Numbered from the stretch's first letter, positions 20,107-30,802 are shown. The stretch: DNA of 64,000 nucleotides from Phycisphaerae bacterium (GCA_029260035.1 JAJDEA010000130.1:24985-88984); one strand, 5' to 3'. Notes: generated by a model not told the origin, from the sequence alone. Numbers and translations: made by a program.

Positions 20107-22350
20107 ATGAAGCCGGCAATCATTGCGGCAGTGGCTGCGTTGTTCATAGTGGTTTCGCCATCGCGCGCACAAACAGAGAATTCAACCGCCTCCGTCGATG
20201 CGACGTCACGACGTGCGCTCGCTCAACGATCGCCATCCAGCCCGAAGGCCTATTCGCCAACAGCCAACCGTCGCACTCAACAGCGCCGGGAGCGCGACAC
20301 CATCGATCGCATTCCGTTGCGCAGTGAACTGATCAATCGGCCCTCGTCTCCGCAGCAAGTGTCCACAGAATTGACCGTATCCGCAAGCACCTCATCTCCG
20401 CTGGCTGGCGTCACAGGTAGTGATAATTGCGCCACCGCTTCGCCCATCGCCGGCGTCGGATCGTTCATGTTCGATACCACCAACGCGACCGGGGACCTTT
20501 GCATGGACGGGGTCACCAACGGCTGCCCAGAGCACATAGCTGCGGAACCAAACGGCTGTTTTGACAGCAACTTGACAACACTTGGCACGATACCGAACGA
20601 TGTGTGGTTTTGCTGGACCGCCCCCTGCGACGGCGCAGTCCAAATCGACAACTGTGGCGGCACAGTAGACACACGGCTTGCGGTCTACCAGGGTTGTGGA
20701 TGCCCCGTGTCCGACGCAACCTTACTCCGATGCGACGACGACGCCGAAGTTTGCGGCCTGCAATCGCAAGTATCCTTTCTGGCAGTGAGCGAACAACAAT
20801 ATATGATTCGAATCGGCGCCTCACCAGCGTGCCTGTTGGGTGGCGTTTGTATTGGCACCGACTCGTTCACCATCGCTTGCCAGGGCGCACCGTGTCAACA
20901 GCCAGTGGAAAACTGTCAGTCTCTCGACATTGGATTAGGCGCCACACGAAGCGACAAGGTGACTGTTATAACTGCAGATAATTTCACGCCAGCGGCAGAT
21001 TCAAGTTTAACCGACGTATGCTGGTACGGCAGCTACGCCAGCGACGAGCCGGTGCCGGACGCTTTTGAAATAACGTACTATGCTGATGCCAACGGAATAC
21101 CGGATTCAACGACGATAATCGGCGGACCTTTCCTTCAATCCGCTGGCGCATTGAGCGTCAGCGGGCCGGTCCTTGTGGATGATCGCGCGTTTCCCGTTTT
21201 TGAATACAGCGCAACCCACGCCCCCGTGCCGGTCACGGGCAATCAGTGCTATTGGATAGGGATTGTCAATCCAGCCGACCGCGTCCAGGAATGGTTTTGG
21301 CAGCGTGGGGTTGGAGGCAACGGCACGTTCTTGCAGGACGGAAAAGTCGGGGTGCTGCCGGACGGTTTCGACACCGATGACATTCGATTTGGCGACATGG
21401 CGTTTTGCCTGAACGAAACACTGGGCGACGCTTCCGTCTGTCCACCTCCCCAGAATCCAACGTGTACAACTGCCACGAATGACTGCTGCATCGAAGACCT
21501 GGCTGGCGCGACGGGATGCAACGACGATCTCTGCTGCAGGAATGTCTGTCTGTGTGACGATTTCTGCTGCACAGTCGCATGGGATAGTGGCTGCGCGGGC
21601 ATGGGAGCCTCTACCACGAGAAGTTGTACCGGCACCGCTATTTCTTGCGATACGGATGCCGACTGCATGACCTGCAATCTGTCTGGAATAACCTGCGACA
21701 CATCAGCGGAGTGTCCTGCGGGCGAAACCTGTCAGATGATCGAAACATGCCAGGGATGTGGCGCCGCCGTCCTTTGCGAGGACACCTGCTTCAGTTGTCC
21801 GAATGTGACAATTGACTGGATTGATCCGCCCAAGGATGTTGTGGATGCTCGCGCTGCGCGAGACATCAATCAACCAACGTTGCGTTTAGGCATCGACACA
21901 ATTACCGTCGGAGCAACCGGCGCCGTGGACAACCTCGGCTGTTGGTCTCTTTGCGAAACAAGCAGTGAAGGCGTACCTAATGACATAACGGCTGTTGTGG
22001 ACAATCTCGACGGGACGTTCACGGTCTCGCTCGTTCGCCCGATCACACCCGGCGCCGTAACGAGAGTCACTTATACATCTGACAACGACTCGACACAGGA
22101 AACTTCGTTGGTTTCGCACCCAGCTAACGTAACCGCCAACTCCGCCGCGACGCCTCAAGACATCACACAGATGATTAACTTCTGTTTTAACGGCGTGGGC
22201 GTTCCGCCTTTTGGTCTCTACAGTTGCGACCTCAATCACTCCGCGCTAACTACCCCGCAGGATATCACTACGTTAATTAACCTTCTTAACGGAGCAGGAT
22301 CGTATTCTTCGTGGAACAGTACTCCCCTGCCCGCAGGTCCCTGCCCATAG
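20107..22350 (+). CDS. Secreted cysteine-rich multidomain protein with PPC-like domain and C-terminal dockerin-like duplicated motif
   Basis: GGAGG SD and ATG 20107; signal peptide MKPAIIAAVAALFIVVSPSRA; about 48 Cys by hand count; TPQDIT.hIN duplicated at the C-terminus. Confidence 0.8.
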   Translation: MKPAIIAAVAALFIVVSPSRAQTENSTASVDATSRRALAQRSPSSPKAYSPTANRRTQQRRERDTIDRIPLRSELINRPSSPQQVSTELTVSASTSSPLAGVTGSDNCATASPIAGVGSFMFDTTNATGDLCMDGVTNGCPEHIAAEPNGCFDSNLTTLGTIPNDVWFCWTAPCDGAVQIDNCGGTVDTRLAVYQGCGCPVSDATLLRCDDDAEVCGLQSQVSFLAVSEQQYMIRIGASPACLLGGVCIGTDSFTIACQGAPCQQPVENCQSLDIGLGATRSDKVTVITADNFTPAADSSLTDVCWYGSYASDEPVPDAFEITYYADANGIPDSTTIIGGPFLQSAGALSVSGPVLVDDRAFPVFEYSATHAPVPVTGNQCYWIGIVNPADRVQEWFWQRGVGGNGTFLQDGKVGVLPDGFDTDDIRFGDMAFCLNETLGDASVCPPPQNPTCTTATNDCCIEDLAGATGCNDDLCCRNVCLCDDFCCTVAWDSGCAGMGASTTRSCTGTAISCDTDADCMTCNLSGITCDTSAECPAGETCQMIETCQGCGAAVLCEDTCFSCPNVTIDWIDPPKDVVDARAARDINQPTLRLGIDTITVGATGAVDNLGCWSLCETSSEGVPNDITAVVDNLDGTFTVSLVRPITPGAVTRVTYTSDNDSTQETSLVSHPANVTANSAATPQDITQMINFCFNGVGVPPFGLYSCDLNHSALTTPQDITTLINLLNGAGSYSSWNSTPLPAGPCP

Positions 22351-22366
22351 CTGATTCATCGCGCCG

Positions 22367-23530
22367 CTAAGCTACTTTTGCACAGACTTTGTTCGCGGCG
22401 TCGGTGAGGTCTTCGGCCGGGATGAGTGCGGCGATATTTGCCTCGGCCAAGAGCTTGCGTGCGCGTTCGACGTTGGTTCCTTCGAGCCGAACGACGACGG
22501 GTATGTCAAAGCCGATCTCATTCGCAGCTGCGATAAGCGCTTCGGCAATGGTGTCACACTTGGCAATTCCGCCAAAGATATTGACCAAAATCCCTTTGAC
22601 GTTCTTGTCGGAGAGAATGATACGGAACGCTTCAATTGCGGCTTCCGAAGTAACCGACCCGCCAACGTCGAGAAAATTAGCCGGGTCTCCGCCATGCAGT
22701 TTGATAATGTCCATCGTCGCCATCGCGAGACCAGCGCCGTTAACCAGGCACCCGATGTTGCCATCGAGCGGGATGTAGGAAAGATTGTGGTCATTCGCAC
22801 GAAGTTCCATTTCATTCTCTTCGCTCGGGTCGAACATTTCCTGCAACTTCTTGTGCCTGAATACGGCGTTGTCGTCGAAGTTCATCTTGGCGTCGATAGC
22901 CAGGACCTCGCCAGCTTTGGTGCGAACAAGTGGATTAATCTCCGCTAGCGCGCAATCATATTTGTAGAATACGCTTACCAAACCCCGAATGACTCGGCCC
23001 GCCGCCTTAGCCTGCGCTTTGTCCGTAAAACCAAGCGCCGCGACGAGTTGCGTCGTTTGAAACCCCTGCAATCCGAGATGCGGATGCAGCCAACGTTTGT
23101 GAATCGCGCCGGGGTTTTCCTTGGCGACGACTTCAATCTCGACGCCACCTTCGCGTGACACCATCACGACCGGACACCGGCGCGCACGGTCCATGACCAC
23201 CGCGATGTAATATTCACTCTCAATGTCAACGGCTGCCGCGATGAGGAGTTTCTTAACCTCAATTCCTTCTGCCCCCGTTTGCACGGACACCATTCGATTG
23301 GAGAGCATAAACTTCGCCGCTTCGCGCACCTCGTCAACCGTATTGCAAAGTTTGACAAAACCCGCTTTGCCCCGCCCGCCGGCAAAGACCTGGGCTTTAA
23401 CAACAACTTGACCTTTGATTGTCTCAAAGGCATCGACGGCAGCAGCCGCGGTTTCAACCACATGCGAAGGGGGCACCGGTACGCCCGCATCAACGAGCAA
23501 CTCGCGAGCCTGGTATTCGTGAACTTTCAT
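22367..23530 (-). CDS. sucC: Succinyl-CoA ligase beta subunit
   Basis: MKVHEYQA, VKAQV.AGGRGKAG, EINPL, GNIGCLVNGAGLAMATMD, PANFLDVGG, NIFGGI, VRLEGTN. Confidence 0.97.
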   Translation of the reverse strand: MKVHEYQARELLVDAGVPVPPSHVVETAAAAVDAFETIKGQVVVKAQVFAGGRGKAGFVKLCNTVDEVREAAKFMLSNRMVSVQTGAEGIEVKKLLIAAAVDIESEYYIAVVMDRARRCPVVMVSREGGVEIEVVAKENPGAIHKRWLHPHLGLQGFQTTQLVAALGFTDKAQAKAAGRVIRGLVSVFYKYDCALAEINPLVRTKAGEVLAIDAKMNFDDNAVFRHKKLQEMFDPSEENEMELRANDHNLSYIPLDGNIGCLVNGAGLAMATMDIIKLHGGDPANFLDVGGSVTSEAAIEAFRIILSDKNVKGILVNIFGGIAKCDTIAEALIAAANEIGFDIPVVVRLEGTNVERARKLLAEANIAALIPAEDLTDAANKVCAKVA

Positions 23531-23847
23531 TTGACTTCATCCATGGAGTAATTACGAATCATCCGAAGGGACTCGCTCAGCCAAAACCTTCTTCGGCTGC
23601 GATTCCGCACCGTAGGTATTGTGAGGCATAAGAAAGAAAGGATCAATTGCCGGAAATCAGCGGAACCGAGCACTCGATGGCCATGTTGGCCTGATTGCCG
23701 ACTTACGGCTAAGATCAGACCCGATTCGTACTCAAAGCCGTTGCGAAATCGAGCAAGCTCTGTCTTGCTTTCGCGATCGAATCCTGAGTTTCTTGAAATA
23801 AATCGTCTCCACGCAGCGATACCCTGAGTGGACGAGAGCGCATTGGC

Positions 23848-24291
23848 ATGACCCAGGACACACCACCTCCAGACGTCTTGTCGCTGATTCTATGCGACCA
23901 GATCATCACCGATCGCATGACCGGCAAACAGTCGCTCATCGGCATGTTCAGTAACGTACACGCTTGGCGGTTTCCAGCATCCCACCACCAGCTTTGCGTG
24001 TTCGCCGCGCTAAATGAGGGTTATGGCGAAACGGAGTTGGTTCTTAGGATCGTCGACTCTGAAGAAGCTCGCCCGCCAATCGTCGAAGGAAAGGGGATTG
24101 TGAATTTCAAGACACCGCGTGCCATTGCCAACTTATCGCTCCAATTCCACGGACTCACTTTTCCTCAGCCTGGAGAATACCGTGTGCAATTATTCTCAAA
24201 GGGAGCGCTACTTCGAGAGACCAAATTGAATCTCACGAAAGTCGATCCGCCCAATAAGCCGCAGGCGCCTCCCTCGGCGACAAGCCAATAG
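23848..24291 (+). CDS. Conserved hypothetical protein (DUF6941-like beta-sandwich)
   Basis: LILCD...D..TGK.SLIG.F...FP and FP.PG.Y.V.L pattern. Confidence 0.7.
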   Translation: MTQDTPPPDVLSLILCDQIITDRMTGKQSLIGMFSNVHAWRFPASHHQLCVFAALNEGYGETELVLRIVDSEEARPPIVEGKGIVNFKTPRAIANLSLQFHGLTFPQPGEYRVQLFSKGALLRETKLNLTKVDPPNKPQAPPSATSQ

Positions 24292-24357
24292 TCAACGAGG
24301 TTCACCGCCTTTCCATCACTTGCGGGCAGGCCAATTCTCACGACAGGAGACTCGAAA

Positions 24358-25377
24358 ATGTGCGCACGGAAGAAGATTTCCCTTTCAATCTTTGGAAGCA
24401 TCCTTGTTTTGGTGCCTGCCATCTTACAGGCGGACGAGTCTGACGCGGTCGTCTCCAGGCGCCCCGTAAACACCTACTCGATCGTCGCTCGTGATACGAA
24501 AACCGGCGAGCTTGGTGTCGCGGTTCAGTCTCACTGGTTCTCAGTTGGAAGTGTCGTACCTTGGGCAGAGGCGGGCGTTGGCGCGGTGGCTACCCAATCA
24601 CTCGTTGACCCTGCGTATGGCCCTCTCGGGCTGGAGTTCATGCGACTCGGGCGAAGCGCACCGGATGCGCTGAAAGCCGTCCTGGCGAGCGACGCAGGTC
24701 GCGACGTTCGGCAGGTTGCCATGATCGACGCATCGGGCCAGGTTTCGACTCATACCGGAAGCAAATGCATTGCCGAGGCGGGGCACATCATTGATGCAGA
24801 TTTGCAGTTTTCAGTTCAGGCCAATCTCATGGCGAATGATCAGGTTTGGCCTGCCATGGCGAAAGCATACCGTGAATCGGACGGAGACTTGGCCTCTCGG
24901 ATGGTCGCAGCGCTCGAGGCGGCGCAAGATGCTGGCGGCGACATTCGAGGCAAGCAGTCGGCTGCTCTCATCGTTGTAGCCGGGAAACCGTCGGGAAAAC
25001 CTTGGGCAGATCGGCTGTTCGACATTCGCATCGAGGACCATCCACGCCCGATCCAAGAACTAAAACGGCTCGTTCAATTGCAGAGAGCCTACCGGCATAT
25101 GAACGCGGGAGATTTGGCCATCGAACACGGACAATTCGATGTCGCAACGCGCGAATACGCCGCAGCTGTGAAGTTGGCACCCCATATTGTTGAGATTCCG
25201 TTTTGGCAGGCGGTGACGCTCGCAAGCAGCGATCAACTGGATGATGCATTGCCGATTTTCAGAGAGGTTTTTGAACGCGAGCCGGTATGGGCGAAACTCG
25301 TCCCAAAACTTGTTGCTTCGGGGCTGTTACCAGACGACAAGAAAATGATTGCCGCCATCTTGTCTCAACAAAAATAA
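24358..25377 (+). CDS. DUF1028 Ntn-hydrolase family protein with signal peptide and C-terminal TPR
   Basis: TYSIVARD..TGELGVAVQSHWFSVG, GVGAVATQS, AGGDIRGKQSAAL, DIRIEDH. Confidence 0.9.
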   Translation: MCARKKISLSIFGSILVLVPAILQADESDAVVSRRPVNTYSIVARDTKTGELGVAVQSHWFSVGSVVPWAEAGVGAVATQSLVDPAYGPLGLEFMRLGRSAPDALKAVLASDAGRDVRQVAMIDASGQVSTHTGSKCIAEAGHIIDADLQFSVQANLMANDQVWPAMAKAYRESDGDLASRMVAALEAAQDAGGDIRGKQSAALIVVAGKPSGKPWADRLFDIRIEDHPRPIQELKRLVQLQRAYRHMNAGDLAIEHGQFDVATREYAAAVKLAPHIVEIPFWQAVTLASSDQLDDALPIFREVFEREPVWAKLVPKLVASGLLPDDKKMIAAILSQQK

Positions 25378-25424
25378 TAGCCGGACATCTCAAACGTCGC
25401 GGGGATATTCGGCGTTGAAGAGGC

Positions 25425-25916
25425 TCAGCTCTCGTCTATTCCGTAAAACTTGAGTTCATCGGTAGATGTATCCAACGTAGCGACGGTTTTTCGTGCGGCG
25501 CGATGCAACGCACCGGGATTAATAATGCGAACACCGTTGATCGTGTGGTCATTGGCGATGTGCGTATGGCCGTGGCAAATATAGTCAACCTCAAGTTCAT
25601 ACGGCGCGCGGTCAAACCCCGGCTCATGCCCATGGAAAACGGCTATACGTTTGCTGTTCAGTTCTACAATTGTCGGAATCTCATGCGGCGTGGAGAAACC
25701 GAGAGATTTGGCATATGCCTGCAATCCGGCACTCGGAAAGTCGGTGTTTCCCCAAACAAACGTACAAGCTCGCTCAGCAAGCTCAGTAAAAACATTCTCG
25801 CCGCCAACGTCGCCGCAATGAATCAAATGTGACACTTCGAGTTTATCAAAAATGCCAAGCGCCTGCCTAACGGCCAAGTGTTTGTTGTGACTATCGGAGA
25901 GAATACCTACGAGCAT
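25425..25916 (-). CDS. YfcE-like metallophosphoesterase
   Basis: SDSH, HCGD, GNTD, HGH, GHTH, NPGA calcineurin-like motifs. Confidence 0.9.
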   Translation of the reverse strand: MLVGILSDSHNKHLAVRQALGIFDKLEVSHLIHCGDVGGENVFTELAERACTFVWGNTDFPSAGLQAYAKSLGFSTPHEIPTIVELNSKRIAVFHGHEPGFDRAPYELEVDYICHGHTHIANDHTINGVRIINPGALHRAARKTVATLDTSTDELKFYGIDES

Positions 25917-26162
25917 GTTTTCCTCTTGTTCATAGGTGTATTCTCCTGTTTCTGCGAATAACCGAACTCAGGGTCTCTGGAAGAACAGTATCGAAAAACG
26001 AACCGCTCAACTTGAGCGTGCGAAGGTGGCACAACACCTCAACCTCAATCCGCATCATATGGTGAGTACACGACTGTGAAGTGTCAAGATTAACGAAGCG
26101 CTGGCGGAAAAAAGCGGAAACGAGTTAGTTGGCACATGAACCAACAAGTGCAGATATGAATG

Positions 26163-26555
26163 CTAAAGGAAAACTGGCTGATCGAACCGGACTCCCACAC
26201 CAAGGCTTGTCGAATCCGCTTCAACAATGGGTCCGGTACGGACTACGGTTGCAAACCAGCCGTCGACTTCAGGAATGCTTGAATCCTGGCTCGCTTCCTC
26301 CTGAGAAGAGACCAACTCAAAACGTTGGCCTACCGTCAGCCCCGAATCGATCGGTGCATGGAGAAAAAGTCCGCCCTCGCTGATATTCCGCACGGTGCAT
26401 CCGCCCACATCATTGCAGCCGCTTCCAACCATCTTGACGCCGAGAGCTAGACCTCCGCGCATATGGCAACGACGCTCATCGAATCCGATCGAATCGGCTG
26501 ATGCGGTGCCTGACTCGATAACCTGTTGAGAAAACGGAACGGTCGTGGTTGGCAT
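26163..26555 (-). CDS. Stand-alone PilZ domain protein (probable c-di-GMP receptor)
   Basis: RxxxR (ERRCHMR) and NxSxxG (NISEGG), VVR...GVGVRF; start assigned to ATG 26555. Confidence 0.8.
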   Translation of the reverse strand: MPTTTVPFSQQVIESGTASADSIGFDERRCHMRGGLALGVKMVGSGCNDVGGCTVRNISEGGLFLHAPIDSGLTVGQRFELVSSQEEASQDSSIPEVDGWFATVVRTGPIVEADSTSLGVGVRFDQPVFL

Positions 26556-26744
26556 GCTTGGGCCCTCAAAGGGAACCTTGGCGAAAAATCGACCCGTCGA
26601 ACTGCACGCAATCGAATTCAAACGTACTCAGCACAGAGTACTCTCGCTGGGGCTGTGAGTTCACAGTATACAGTGGGACACGCAAAGGTCAACCGAAGGC
26701 CGCGCGCTCATCGCTTTCGCACACCTTCAGTTCGACCGATCTTA

Positions 26745-28049
26745 TCAGCGTATCCTCTCGCTCAAGACACCAAACGAGTCAACGATCCTGGTTCCGCGAA
26801 TCGTCCCCAAAGACCTCGCGCCTAATTCCCAGCCCTGAAATGGCGTGTTTGAGGATTTCGAATGGAACTTTGAAGCATCTACATTCCAGGTGCAATCCGG
26901 ATCGACAACCGTCAGATTGGCTTTGGCTCCCGGCCTGATACCCGTACAAGCCCTACCAAGAACCAACGCCGGGCCGGTGGTGAACCACGAAATCAACCTA
27001 CTCCAATCCGCTTGTCCTGAATCGACCATCGCGCGGGCGGATAGTCCCAACGCAGTCTCCAGCCCAACAAGACCCGGTGGCGCCTTGAGAAAACCCACCG
27101 CCTTTTCTTCAGATGTGTGCGGAGCATGGTCGGTTGCGATACAGTCAATCGTGCCATCAATCAGCCCTGCCAGGCAAGCATCCGCATCTTCTTTCTCTCT
27201 GAGCGGCGGGTGCATCTTGGTGAGCGGATCGCGCTCAGCACAGGCTTCGTGAGTAAGCAGCAGATGATGAGGGCAAACCTCAGCCGTCACCGGCAAACCT
27301 TCGGCTTTGGCTGCTCGGACCAGCTCAACGGCTTTCGCAGTCGAAACGTGTGCAACATGATATCGACCGCTCGACGCGCGACACAGGTCAATGTCTCGCT
27401 CGATCATCGCCTCCTCCGAGCGCGGATCAAGCCCAGGCAGGCCCAGCTTTTCCGACACAGCACCCAGGTGCATCACGCCCCCCGCGGAAATCGCCTTGTA
27501 CTCGCAGTGCTGAATGAGGACGACTCCCAGTTCGCGCGCCAACTCAAATGCCTGACGCATGACACGATCGTCCTCTACGCCGGTCCCGTCATCGCTAAAC
27601 GCGACGGCTCCATTTCGCGACAACTCCCGCAGATCGGCGACGTTGCGACCGCTCCGATTCTCTGTAATCGCAGCAATCGGGCCGACTTCGCAATAGTCGA
27701 CTTTGCGCGCCTCTTGCAGCACCCATTCGACTTGCTCGACGGAATCCAACACGGGCTGCGTGTTTGGCATACATGCAACAAACGTAAATCCACCCGCCGC
27801 AGCCGCCCGCGATCCCGTTTCGATCGTTTCCTTTTGTGATTGGCCCGGCTCGCGTAAGTGAACGTGTATATCCAGGAAGCCCGGACATACAATCAGACCA
27901 GTAGCGTCAACCGTCTCAGCGTCCTTCGGATCATCGTCAACAATAATGCCGTGATCCAGCGCGACATTCGTCACTTCATCGCGCCGCGAAATGGGATCAA
28001 TGACTCGTGCATTTCGCAGGATGACCGATTCAAGATTCAAAATCTGCAT
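26745..28049 (-). CDS. pyrC: Dihydroorotase (type I)
   Basis: PGFLDIHVHLREPG, AAAGGFT..CMPNT.P, SDDG, HVAHVST, EVCPHHL, KMHPPLR, IATDHAPH, NTPF.G. Confidence 0.93.
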   Translation of the reverse strand: MQILNLESVILRNARVIDPISRRDEVTNVALDHGIIVDDDPKDAETVDATGLIVCPGFLDIHVHLREPGQSQKETIETGSRAAAAGGFTFVACMPNTQPVLDSVEQVEWVLQEARKVDYCEVGPIAAITENRSGRNVADLRELSRNGAVAFSDDGTGVEDDRVMRQAFELARELGVVLIQHCEYKAISAGGVMHLGAVSEKLGLPGLDPRSEEAMIERDIDLCRASSGRYHVAHVSTAKAVELVRAAKAEGLPVTAEVCPHHLLLTHEACAERDPLTKMHPPLREKEDADACLAGLIDGTIDCIATDHAPHTSEEKAVGFLKAPPGLVGLETALGLSARAMVDSGQADWSRLISWFTTGPALVLGRACTGIRPGAKANLTVVDPDCTWNVDASKFHSKSSNTPFQGWELGARSLGTIRGTRIVDSFGVLSERIR

Positions 28050-28309
28050 GACTCATTCTTCTTGTCAGACGGCTTAGCTAGCCCCTCAATACTGATTTCA
28101 AGACCAGCGTACCAGACATTCTTCGCATACTCGCTCTCTTCCTAAGGAAGAGTCGTTGTGAACAAGCTGGGAAAAATCCAAACTCAGTGATAGTATACGG
28201 AAACTCGAAAGCGCCACCACACGCGAAGTCAGAAAGCGAGTTGCCAAGCGATGCAATCGTACAGCACTTGCTCTCTCACCCATGCCAGGCCTCTAAAAGG
28301 AAGTTTTCC

Positions 28310-30052
28310 ATGACCCTGAAGCAACTCATTTTGATCGGTCTTCTTACGACTCTCATCACAAGTTCGAAGATGGCCAAGTCTCAACACCCTGACGGAGATG
28401 CCAAACCGCAATCCGCAAACCTGGCCATTACCAATGCCAGGATATGGACCGGCGTGCCTACTTCCAAAGCCGGACAAAAACCCGCGACGCAACCTTCCGC
28501 AATCGCCATCCGCGAAAGCCGAATAGTCGCAATCGGCGACGAGGCGACGATTCGACCGTTTCTCGGCTCGGATACAACAATCATCGACGCAAAAGGAAAA
28601 CGCGTGGTTCCGGGCCTGGTTGACAGCCATGCTCATGTCGCAAGCGGGGGATTCCAATTGCAGCGATTGTCTTTGCGTGACGTCAAAAGCAAAGAGGCAT
28701 TCATCAAAGCCGTCGCGGAGGGTGTTCAAAACAAAGTACAACGTGGCTGGCTCGAGGGTGGACGTTGGAGTGTGGAAAGTTGGACGTCCCAGGAGTCACC
28801 GACGCGCTATTGGTTAGACCCGATCAGCGGCAACACGCCTGTGTTGCTGTCCAGAATGGATGGACATCAGGCGCTAGCCAACACCGCCGCCTTGAAAATA
28901 GCTGGTATCAATGCAACAGGTCCAGCGGACCCGGTCGGCGGCGAAATCGTGCGCGATCCCAAAACGGGCGAGCCAACCGGCATACTCAAAGAAGCTGCCA
29001 TGAATTTGGTAAGAGCGCACATTCCGGAGCCCGACCAGGCCACAACGCGACACGCCATTTTGCTCGCTATGAAGCATCTTAACTCGCTGGGAATCACGTC
29101 CGTGCATGATATGTCCAATCCGGACCACTTGCCCGCCTATGCTGACGTGTACGATTCAGAATTGGGCACGGTTCGGATTACAACCTATCTACAGACAGAC
29201 AAATGGCACACTCGATTGCACGACATCTCAAATTTCAAGAACCACGCTGATGCGTTTCGCTGGATCGGCTTTAAGGGATACATGGACGGCTCGCTGGGAA
29301 GCAGAACAGCATTCATGCAAAAGGCATACACGGATGCGCCCAAGGGAGCGCTTCACCCGCATGGTCAGCTGACGGCATTTGCGCAATCTAGGGAGGAATT
29401 CCAGATGCAGATCAGCGCGTGCGAAAAGGCAGGCGTCTCCGTCGCGGTTCATGCGATTGGCGACGAAGCCAATCACTTGCTGCTCAATGCATACGAATCC
29501 GCCACAGCTGGACGCAAGGAAAACACCCGTCACCGCGTTGAACACGCGCAACACTTGCTCCCTTCAGATATCCAACGCTTCGCAAAAATCGGAGTCGTCG
29601 CGTCCATGCAGCCGCTGCACAAAGCAGACGATGCGAGATATGCAGAGCAGAGGCTCGGCAAGAATCGATTGCATGGCTCCTACGCCTACCGCCAACTAGT
29701 CGACGCTGGAGCGATTGTCATTTTTGGCAGTGATTGGCCCGTCGTGTCCGCGAATCCGTTCCAGGGAATCGCCGCAGCGGTCAACGCAAAAACAGTGGAT
29801 GGCAAAACCTGGCTTCCTGCGCATTCGCTCACCGTTGAGGAAGCGCTACGAGCATACACTTATTGGCCAGCGTGGGCGGCGCATCAGGAAGATCGCCTCG
29901 GGTCGCTGGAAGTTGGCAAGTACGCCGACTTGGTCATGCTCTCAGAAGATCCATTCGCAATCGCGAAAGACCGACTTGGCGAGATTAAGCCGGAATTGAC
30001 CATCTTCTCAGGTCATGTCGTTTATAAAGAAGGCGGGAGCAAAAGGAAATAG
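28310..30052 (+). CDS. Exported amidohydrolase 3 family (YtcJ-like) metal-dependent hydrolase
   Basis: PGLVDSHAH, DGH....N, GITSVHD, DGSLGSRTA, HAIGD, RVEHAQ, GSDWPV, GKYADLV; hydrophobic N-terminus from ATG 28310. Confidence 0.9.
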   Translation: MTLKQLILIGLLTTLITSSKMAKSQHPDGDAKPQSANLAITNARIWTGVPTSKAGQKPATQPSAIAIRESRIVAIGDEATIRPFLGSDTTIIDAKGKRVVPGLVDSHAHVASGGFQLQRLSLRDVKSKEAFIKAVAEGVQNKVQRGWLEGGRWSVESWTSQESPTRYWLDPISGNTPVLLSRMDGHQALANTAALKIAGINATGPADPVGGEIVRDPKTGEPTGILKEAAMNLVRAHIPEPDQATTRHAILLAMKHLNSLGITSVHDMSNPDHLPAYADVYDSELGTVRITTYLQTDKWHTRLHDISNFKNHADAFRWIGFKGYMDGSLGSRTAFMQKAYTDAPKGALHPHGQLTAFAQSREEFQMQISACEKAGVSVAVHAIGDEANHLLLNAYESATAGRKENTRHRVEHAQHLLPSDIQRFAKIGVVASMQPLHKADDARYAEQRLGKNRLHGSYAYRQLVDAGAIVIFGSDWPVVSANPFQGIAAAVNAKTVDGKTWLPAHSLTVEEALRAYTYWPAWAAHQEDRLGSLEVGKYADLVMLSEDPFAIAKDRLGEIKPELTIFSGHVVYKEGGSKRK

Positions 30053-30070
30053 CTTCGCGGACTGAGCGAT

Positions 30071-30802
30071 TCAGCCGAACATTATGAGTGCGGCGTTGTA
30101 AGCTGCGTGACAGCCCGCGGCGAGACCATATCCTCGATACCAAAACACAACCGCAAGGTACAAGCCCGCCATGCTGCGGAACAGGAAATGTTGCATGTTG
30201 AACAGTTCCGCACCAAAAGGCTGGTGGTGATGGGCAGCAAAGGCGACAGCAGAAAAAAGAATCGCCACGACCGCAGTCTTGGTCCGAGACAGCCCCAATA
30301 AATCTACGCCAATCATCATCAATACGGAAATCAGAACAAGTCGAAAAACCAGCTCTTCGTATACGCCAGCTCCTATGCCAAGCGCCATGTCACTCAATTC
30401 CACCGAACTCGGCACAACCGAAGCCGTCAGCGGGAAAACCGAATTGAGTGCGAGTAGTGGAATGGCCAGGAAAGCCGCTTCTGGATACATGAGCCAAACA
30501 CGCGACCAACGAATCGACCACTTTTCGCGTGATGCCATGTGTGTCGAAAGCAGGATGATAACGATTGCCACAGCCGGCGCCCAAAAACCCGCATGCCCAA
30601 AAAGCTGAAGAAACCATCGAATCAAGTGAATTGCAACGACTCGATCCGGCCTGTCGCTGGTCCCGGAGAAACTGATCGTTACCATGATTTCGAAAAACAC
30701 AATGAGCGGAACAAGAAAGATGAGCGAGTCGAGCGGGCGCGCAAGCATTCCCCGCCTTGCGTTGGCTGATTCATTCCCTTTCTTTGCTGTCGCTTCTGCC
30801 AT
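30071..30802 (-). CDS. CPBP (CAAX/Abi) intramembrane metalloprotease
   Basis: Intact motifs GVYEELVFR, FAAHHH, GCHAAYN; multiple TM helices. Confidence 0.85.
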   Translation of the reverse strand: MAEATAKKGNESANARRGMLARPLDSLIFLVPLIVFFEIMVTISFSGTSDRPDRVVAIHLIRWFLQLFGHAGFWAPAVAIVIILLSTHMASREKWSIRWSRVWLMYPEAAFLAIPLLALNSVFPLTASVVPSSVELSDMALGIGAGVYEELVFRLVLISVLMMIGVDLLGLSRTKTAVVAILFSAVAFAAHHHQPFGAELFNMQHFLFRSMAGLYLAVVFWYRGYGLAAGCHAAYNAALIMFG

